DNA from: an uncultured Gammaproteobacteria bacterium
Lineage (GTDB): Bacteria; Patescibacteriota; Patescibacteriia; Magasanikbacterales; JBBTQS01
NCBI GenBank assembly: GCA_965230935.1
Contig: OZ246400.1
Span: 173,705 to 237,704 of the forward strand
DNA: 64,000 nt
Reading direction: 5' to 3'
The position numbers and the translations under genes were made by a program. Under the pieces are notes generated by a model, which was not told where the DNA came from, did no database searches, and saw only the letters and a program-made list of their open reading frames with translations. Every line of letters starts with the position of its first letter. The first letter of the stretch is position 1. Shown in pieces: positions 58,445-64,000 of this stretch.

Positions 58445-59401
58445 ATGACAGAGTATCGCAGGCGAACATCATTTCAGCGTAGCTGGAAGCAGCGCTCCGG
58501 CCCTCGATCACATCGAGAAGGAAAACACTCAACAAGCGTGCTGCGCTCACCAAAAGTACAGGCAGTGATTTTGGTTGTCCTTATTGTGACATGGATTAGC
58601 ATTTTGTCTTACTATAGCTTTTTTCAAATCCAACATATTGTTATTTCGCGCCCTGATCAGGGAGAAGTGGTGCAGTATCAGCAATTTGTGGAGGAACAAC
58701 TAAGTAAGACACATTTATTGAGTCTGCGATCAAACTTTTTTCTGTTCTCCAAAGAGAATCTCGCAACAAAACTCCACAAGCGTTTTCCTGTTGCCACACT
58801 TGAGATTAATACGGTTTTTCCAAAGACATTGCATATTACCTTGACCGAGGAAAAAGATGAAATTTTAGTGTATGCGCAACAGTCACTATGGCACTATTTT
58901 ACTAATGGTGAGCGACGGTTGGTTCCAGATGACAAAACACCGTATGTCCAAGAAGTCGTCCCTGCGGCTGAACCCCCAGAAGGGGCCGAGGAAGGTGAGG
59001 TAGGGGAGGCAACAACGCAGTTTAGCTCATCAGGAACGTATTTGATCTTACGACGAAATTTTCCAGATCTCCCTGTGGTCTTTTCACCCGATGCACCGGA
59101 AGATTACGTTAGTGAGTTTGCTCAGGAAATTCTACATTTTACGACACAAGTTACTCTCCTCTTTTCTGAAGAGGGGGTAGTGGGTAATGATCAGTGGTTT
59201 TTTGAAAAAGATCCTCACGATATATATCAGCTCAAGGTCACTAGTATAGATGGATGGAAAATTTTTTTTGACACGCGATTTGATCTTGCATCTCAGCTCG
59301 AGAAGCTTAAAAGAGTATTACGTACCGATCCAATTACCACTTTCTCTGAAATAGATGTGCGTTTTGAGGAAACTGTGTTTCTTAAGAGAAAAGATACGTA
59401 A
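58445..59401 (+). CDS. FtsQ/DivIB-like cell-division protein (tentative)
   Basis: Basic cytoplasmic N-terminus, one TM helix, then a POTRA-like segment (IQHIVISRPDQGEVV...FPVATLEINTVFPKTLHITLTEE). Confidence 0.5.
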   Translation: MTEYRRRTSFQRSWKQRSGPRSHREGKHSTSVLRSPKVQAVILVVLIVTWISILSYYSFFQIQHIVISRPDQGEVVQYQQFVEEQLSKTHLLSLRSNFFLFSKENLATKLHKRFPVATLEINTVFPKTLHITLTEEKDEILVYAQQSLWHYFTNGERRLVPDDKTPYVQEVVPAAEPPEGAEEGEVGEATTQFSSSGTYLILRRNFPDLPVVFSPDAPEDYVSEFAQEILHFTTQVTLLFSEEGVVGNDQWFFEKDPHDIYQLKVTSIDGWKIFFDTRFDLASQLEKLKRVLRTDPITTFSEIDVRFEETVFLKRKDT

Positions 59402-59518
59402 ACAAGTCATATCCTAAGACCTATGCTTTTTGAAGTTAGGTTTATATGTGTCGTATAAGATATATTGTGCGACACATTATTACTCCTCCCCTTTAAGCTC
59501 AAATGTAGAGACAATCAC

Positions 59519-60310
59519 CTACCGCTGATATGCAAAAATTAAAAATACCTGTTCCCTTCTCTTAAACGGAAGGCGGTTTGTTGCACTAAACACAGCATCA
59601 AACCCAGCGTCCTCTAGCATCTTTAGCACACTGGACAATGGATAGGGACATTGTCCTTGGTGAAACTCAAATACAATGTTCTTTACCTTGCCAATCACCC
59701 CTGAGCTGCATAAATCATCAATTACCTCCCCCTCTCCCCCTTCGATATCTATTTTGAGTAGATCAACTTGATCCACCTGCTCAACATATGATGAAAGCTT
59801 TTTTGAGGGAACATCAATTGTTTTTTGATCTTGCTCCTCATCACTATTTGATCGTGCCACATGAGAGCGCTCTGGGTGCTCATCTACTACAAATTTGACT
59901 GTACCCTCCCCTGCTTTGGTTAAGGCTACTGCATGAACAGGAATTTCTAGATTTTTTTGTGCGATTTGCGCGTACTCAGGATGCGCTTCAAATGCAACAA
60001 TGTTTGGCTCATGATATTTTTGCTGAAAATACAATGAGCTCAATCCAATATTAGCACCAACATCAAAAATAGTCCGTTTTGAAAAATCAGTAGCGACCCC
60101 GTAAATTTGATCAACAAAAATCTGTTCAAACAGAATCAAAAATGACTTGTAATTATTGATAGTTTGAAACTTCTTTCCAAATAATCGTACTGATTTTGGT
60201 TGAAATGGATACCATAAATACATGCGGAGATGATTAGGCAAAACCCACCATAACCGCTGTCCTAGAATTCGATGAAGATACAATAAAAATCGCTGCATAG
60301 CGTATTGCAA
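59519..60310 (-). CDS. FkbM-family SAM-dependent methyltransferase
   Basis: FDVGANIGLSSLYF motif. Confidence 0.75.
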   Translation of the reverse strand: MQYAMQRFLLYLHRILGQRLWWVLPNHLRMYLWYPFQPKSVRLFGKKFQTINNYKSFLILFEQIFVDQIYGVATDFSKRTIFDVGANIGLSSLYFQQKYHEPNIVAFEAHPEYAQIAQKNLEIPVHAVALTKAGEGTVKFVVDEHPERSHVARSNSDEEQDQKTIDVPSKKLSSYVEQVDQVDLLKIDIEGGEGEVIDDLCSSGVIGKVKNIVFEFHQGQCPYPLSSVLKMLEDAGFDAVFSATNRLPFKRREQVFLIFAYQR

Positions 60311-60388
60311 GTGTACCCCTCCCTTGCAATTTGGTCAATTTGAGCTTGGATTAATTTTTGTGTATACTAGTACTGCTAATTAACTATC

Positions 60389-61696
60389 ATGCACTCTATG
60401 CTGTGCATACAATTAAGAGCTTTCCTCACCTATTTGGTGGCTATTCTAGTTACCAGCATTTTTTTGAGCTCAAGTGTATTTGCTGCTGATTTTTCTGCTG
60501 GAGAGTTAGTAAAAACACCTGGCAACGATGCAGTATACGAAGTCGCAGATGATGGTAGCTCACGATTGGTATTTCAGATGCAAACGGTCTTTGAATCCTG
60601 GTATGGTACCGATTTTTCAACAGTTAAAACCATTTCGCAAGAACAGCTTGCTGATTTGAGTTTGGCCGGCGTAAAATCATTTAAACCCGGTAGCTTGGTG
60701 AAATCTCCGTCACTTGAGGATGTATATCGTGTTAGTGAGCCACTCAAGCTGGAGCTCATCCCTGACGAAGAATCCTTCTTTGCTTATGGGTTTTCATTTG
60801 CAGATGTAAAAGACATTCCTGATGGGTTTTTTACTAGTTACCGTATTGTTGGTACATACAGCCCAGAAAGTGAACAAACTCCTCCGGACAGCGAACCGCA
60901 AGATCCGCAAATCACCCCTGACACTGAGCCCGAGACACCACCAGTATTTGAGGTGCTTTCCCGTGCATTTACTGCAGATTCAACAACTACAGGTGTTGTA
61001 GATGTAGAGACATCACTTAACTCAACGGTAGTACTCACATACACACCCCAGGGAACCACCCTTACACCAAAGACCCAAGAAAGTTTCGATGCAAAAACAT
61101 CTCACTCATTTGCCTTGAGTGATCTTACTCCAGCAACAAAATACGACTATACCCTCACCTACACCAACACCGCTGATAGTGTAATCATTGAAGAATCCGG
61201 AACTTTTGTAAGTCATTATGACTTATTTGTAAGTAGTCATGGGACAGCACCAACTTCAGGTACGTTACGGACTCAAAATGTTGAAGTAGGAAAATTCTTT
61301 ATGTACAACAATACCACTGACGTTCGTATTGTAAACGAACTTTGGTTTAAGTTCGGAACATTGAACAACGCAACGGATAAAGTCTCCAAAACGATTAAGA
61401 TTGTTGATCAGTCCCCTTCTTCGGCAACATTTGGTGAGACCCTTGCATTTAAAACCATTGGAAATGGTACCAGCATCCGCAATAGCTTGAATCTTCAGAA
61501 GTTTAAGTTCCTTAACCTGACCATTGATCCAGGTGCGCAAGGTACCTATAGTATAATCATCTCTAACCTAGAAGGAATTAATGCTGATTTACTTGATGGT
61601 GAGTCATTTATAACATCCATTGAGTATGTTAATACTCTTGGTGATACACAGCTATACATTGGGGATAGTATAATCGGTACAAAATATCACGAATAA
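60389..61696 (+). CDS. hypothetical secreted protein
   Basis: Signal peptide (…ILVTSIFLSSSVFAADF). Pro/Glu/Thr-rich linker. No motif recognised. Confidence 0.65.
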   Translation: MHSMLCIQLRAFLTYLVAILVTSIFLSSSVFAADFSAGELVKTPGNDAVYEVADDGSSRLVFQMQTVFESWYGTDFSTVKTISQEQLADLSLAGVKSFKPGSLVKSPSLEDVYRVSEPLKLELIPDEESFFAYGFSFADVKDIPDGFFTSYRIVGTYSPESEQTPPDSEPQDPQITPDTEPETPPVFEVLSRAFTADSTTTGVVDVETSLNSTVVLTYTPQGTTLTPKTQESFDAKTSHSFALSDLTPATKYDYTLTYTNTADSVIIEESGTFVSHYDLFVSSHGTAPTSGTLRTQNVEVGKFFMYNNTTDVRIVNELWFKFGTLNNATDKVSKTIKIVDQSPSSATFGETLAFKTIGNGTSIRNSLNLQKFKFLNLTIDPGAQGTYSIIISNLEGINADLLDGESFITSIEYVNTLGDTQLYIGDSIIGTKYHE

Positions 61697-61868
61697 AATT
61701 TAACTAAGACAAAAGCAGACTGTACCCTCGATTCACACGGACGGGATAGATTAATCCACCACAGTCAGTGCTCGCAAAACAATACTCGCAAGCCACAACA
61801 TAAAGGCAAAGAGCACAAACAAAAAAATGTGCATGCCAACAAGTTCTGGTTTCTTACTTCCCATAGGA

Positions 61869-63086
61869 TTATTGCAAATAGTTAAGTGGATTCACTGGAA
61901 TACCATTGACCCGTGTTTCAAAATGTAAATGTGGTCCGGTGACAAATGGACCAGCACCAACAGTCCCCGGAGTTCCTCCAGATAGTCCAATGATATCTCC
62001 TCGTGCAACAAAATCTCCTTCATTGACGTCAATTCGTGACATGTGTCCATACAAGGTTGAAACTTGATCTCGATGGACAATCAACGTATACCCAAAACAA
62101 AGATGTGAGCTGCACTTTTTAGCTCGCGCCACAAATCCTGGACCTGCAGCACGAATTGCAGTTCCTTGTGGTGCACGCATATCAAGGCCTGAATGCTCAA
62201 AAACATGACGATATGGATAATCAGGATCATGGAAGTAGGCAGTGATGTAGCGACTTGGCACTGGCCAATCCAAAATCAGCTCTCCAGTGCCGGCAAATGA
62301 ATCACTCTCCTCCAGTTTTTGACGAATTTGTCGCTCGATGGAAACAATATCTGATTCGATTGCTTCATACTGCTGACGCAAATTAGTTACCAGTGAGGTA
62401 AATTTTTGCTCTGAGGACGCTACCTGTTCAATGAGATCTTCTTTTAAGAATTTTTGTGAATCCAAATCAACACGTTTGGCATCAAGTGATTCTGCCAGCT
62501 GTTGTAATGTTTCTTTCTTGAGTTCTTGTTGTTCTTTTTCTGATTCAAGCTCTGCTTTTGCAAGTTTAAGTCGCTGTGTCGTATCAGCAAGTCCGTTATG
62601 GAGTGTCTTAGTGTACTGCACATCAGCAAAAAAATCCGACAACGTTGTGTATCCTGCTAAAATTTCGACGTTACTTTTCTGATCATTACTGTGAATTAAC
62701 TTGATAAAGTCAGTAATGGTACCACGTTGCTGTGCAATCTGTTTGGCACGCTCTTCAACAGCAAATTCAATAGTTTGAATTTCAAGACCGGTCTGCTCAA
62801 GTTGGATATCAGTTGATTCAATGTCAAGCGCGGCTTTTTCAATGCGATTTTCAATTAAAGAAACCTGGTTGTTCAAACTCACGCGTTCAAGTCGTTTTTG
62901 ATTGATGGTTTTTTTATAACGCTCAATCTTTTCTTGGATCACCTGAACCTCTTTGTTCTTTTGTTCTATTTCTTCTCGCAAACCAGCTAATTCGTCTTTT
63001 GAGACCCCAAAACTTTGCGTGCTCAATAATAAAAGCACGACAAGTGAGACACTCATTCCAATTGCTCCCCTCCTAAAGTAAATCAT
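61869..63086 (-). CDS. M23-family metallopeptidase with N-terminal coiled coil (EnvC-like)
   Basis: HxxxD (HSGLDMRA) and HxH (HLHFE) M23 motifs after a long coiled-coil region. Signal/TM at the N-terminus. Confidence 0.88.
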   Translation of the reverse strand: MIYFRRGAIGMSVSLVVLLLLSTQSFGVSKDELAGLREEIEQKNKEVQVIQEKIERYKKTINQKRLERVSLNNQVSLIENRIEKAALDIESTDIQLEQTGLEIQTIEFAVEERAKQIAQQRGTITDFIKLIHSNDQKSNVEILAGYTTLSDFFADVQYTKTLHNGLADTTQRLKLAKAELESEKEQQELKKETLQQLAESLDAKRVDLDSQKFLKEDLIEQVASSEQKFTSLVTNLRQQYEAIESDIVSIERQIRQKLEESDSFAGTGELILDWPVPSRYITAYFHDPDYPYRHVFEHSGLDMRAPQGTAIRAAGPGFVARAKKCSSHLCFGYTLIVHRDQVSTLYGHMSRIDVNEGDFVARGDIIGLSGGTPGTVGAGPFVTGPHLHFETRVNGIPVNPLNYLQ

Positions 63087-64000
63087 GTGCTTGTGTGATT
63101 AACGAAAGTGTATGAGCTTTTCCGTGAATGTCAGCCAATGTAAACGGATCTGGAGAATGCGAAAGTCCGGATAACGCCACACGCATCGGCCAAAGCACCT
63201 CACCATTAGTGTATTCATGCTGCTCAATCCACTGCTTGATAGTCTTCTCAAGAGAGTCAGCAGACCAATTGGCCTCAGTGATTGTCTTTACCAACTCAGC
63301 AAGTTTTTGCAAAACACGCTTAGTATCCGCTGCTGTTGATTTTTTCCAAATGAGCTGCTCTGAGCTAGGAACAATCGGCGCAAACAAAAATCCGGTTTCC
63401 TCCCCCACTTGCGATAACATACTAACTCGTTCTTTTTCCAATTGTACCACCTTTTTGAACCATTGTGCATCAGCGTGTTGAGGTGTGATGAGCCCTTTTT
63501 TTGCAAAGTAGGGCTTCATCAACGACATAAGCTCGTCATCTGTCTTTGTCTGCAAATAGTGACGGTTTAACCAGTCAAGCTTCTCTGTGGAGAAAACTGC
63601 ACCCGCTTTGTTCACTTTGGCAATATCAAACTCAGTAATCAACTCATCCATTGAGTAAATCTCTTGATCTCCTCGAGGATTCCAACCAAGCAGTGCAATA
63701 AAGTTAATCAGTGCTTCAGGTAAGTACCCTTTATTGAGAAAATCAATTGCAGCAACATCACCTTGGCGCTTGCTTAACTTTGTTTTATCTGGATTAAGTA
63801 AAAGTGGAATATGACCAAATTGTGGCGGTTTCCAGCCAAACGCATTGTACAGTGCTACATGTTTTGGGGTTGAACTAATCCACTCTGGCCCGCGTAACAC
63901 ATGCGTGATACCCATAAGATGATCATCGACCACATTAGCAAAGTGGTACGTTGGGTATCCATCCGATTTTATACACACAAAGTCATCCACTGTTGCGTAA
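63073..64000 (-). CDS. gltX: glutamyl-tRNA synthetase (N-terminus outside window)
   Basis: THVLRGPEWISSTPKH and KLSKRQG (KMSKS-type) motifs. Frame is open to the window edge. Confidence 0.9.
   Translation of the reverse strand, partial: YATVDDFVCIKSDGYPTYHFANVVDDHLMGITHVLRGPEWISSTPKHVALYNAFGWKPPQFGHIPLLLNPDKTKLSKRQGDVAAIDFLNKGYLPEALINFIALLGWNPRGDQEIYSMDELITEFDIAKVNKAGAVFSTEKLDWLNRHYLQTKTDDELMSLMKPYFAKKGLITPQHADAQWFKKVVQLEKERVSMLSQVGEETGFLFAPIVPSSEQLIWKKSTAADTKRVLQKLAELVKTITEANWSADSLEKTIKQWIEQHEYTNGEVLWPMRVALSGLSHSPDPFTLADIHGKAHTLSLITQAHDLL

Overview
This 64-kb window is a compact, low-GC stretch of bacterial chromosome (roughly 40-45% GC by eye, not computed), densely packed with housekeeping genes, mostly on the + strand. 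Standard genetic code (TGA reads as a stop). The lineage cannot be fixed from the window; the gene content and compaction fit a small-genome bacterium such as a Patescibacteria/CPR-like organism, but that is a guess. Recognisable content, in order:
- DsbA/VKOR disulfide-bond pair (start of window)
- dnaG-rpoD (rpoD carries a lysine-rich histone-like N-terminal tail)
- tRNA-Asn
- cfa, a standalone MGMT domain protein, malic enzyme, a prephenate dehydratase domain protein
- SpoU methyltransferase, pseudouridine synthase, gpsA
- an oxidative-stress cluster (glutaredoxin-SOD-peroxiredoxin)
- a minimal Fe-S assembly module (Rrf2-NifS-NifU-ferredoxin)
- rsmI, metG, cvpA-like, tatD, inositol monophosphatase
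- a complete F1Fo ATP synthase operon (atpZ-like, atpBEFHAGDC) with a clear promoter and terminator
- a UvrD-like helicase-nuclease, a DciA-like DUF721 protein, proS, mreBCD-mrdA, greA, lysS, a MYG1-like hydrolase, a nucleotidyltransferase-NUDIX fusion, serS, an FtsQ-like protein, an FkbM methyltransferase, an M23 peptidase, gltX

The most unusual part is a set of five visibly GC-rich genes with GC-rich codon choice: 13305-14228 (-), 17509-18576, 18711-19478, 19591-20238 and 41338-43989. Four encode proteins with no domain I recognise. The fifth is an ~880-aa lipoprotein with roughly 20-25 Cys-rich CxDDNPCTxDxC repeats and a 199-bp perfect internal DNA duplication. Each of the five sits in the same low-GC cassette architecture: a near-consensus TTGACA promoter, a structured leader (hairpin next to the SD), the ORF, a CAACA-repeat box just after the stop codon, then a hairpin terminator. 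I read this as a family of foreign or engineered expression cassettes and flag it as the main candidate for an undescribed system. Other points of interest are a small mosaic Cys-rich lipoprotein sharing the DDxNPCT motif, a 290-bp GC-rich non-coding island upstream of metG, and several palindromic candidate operators.
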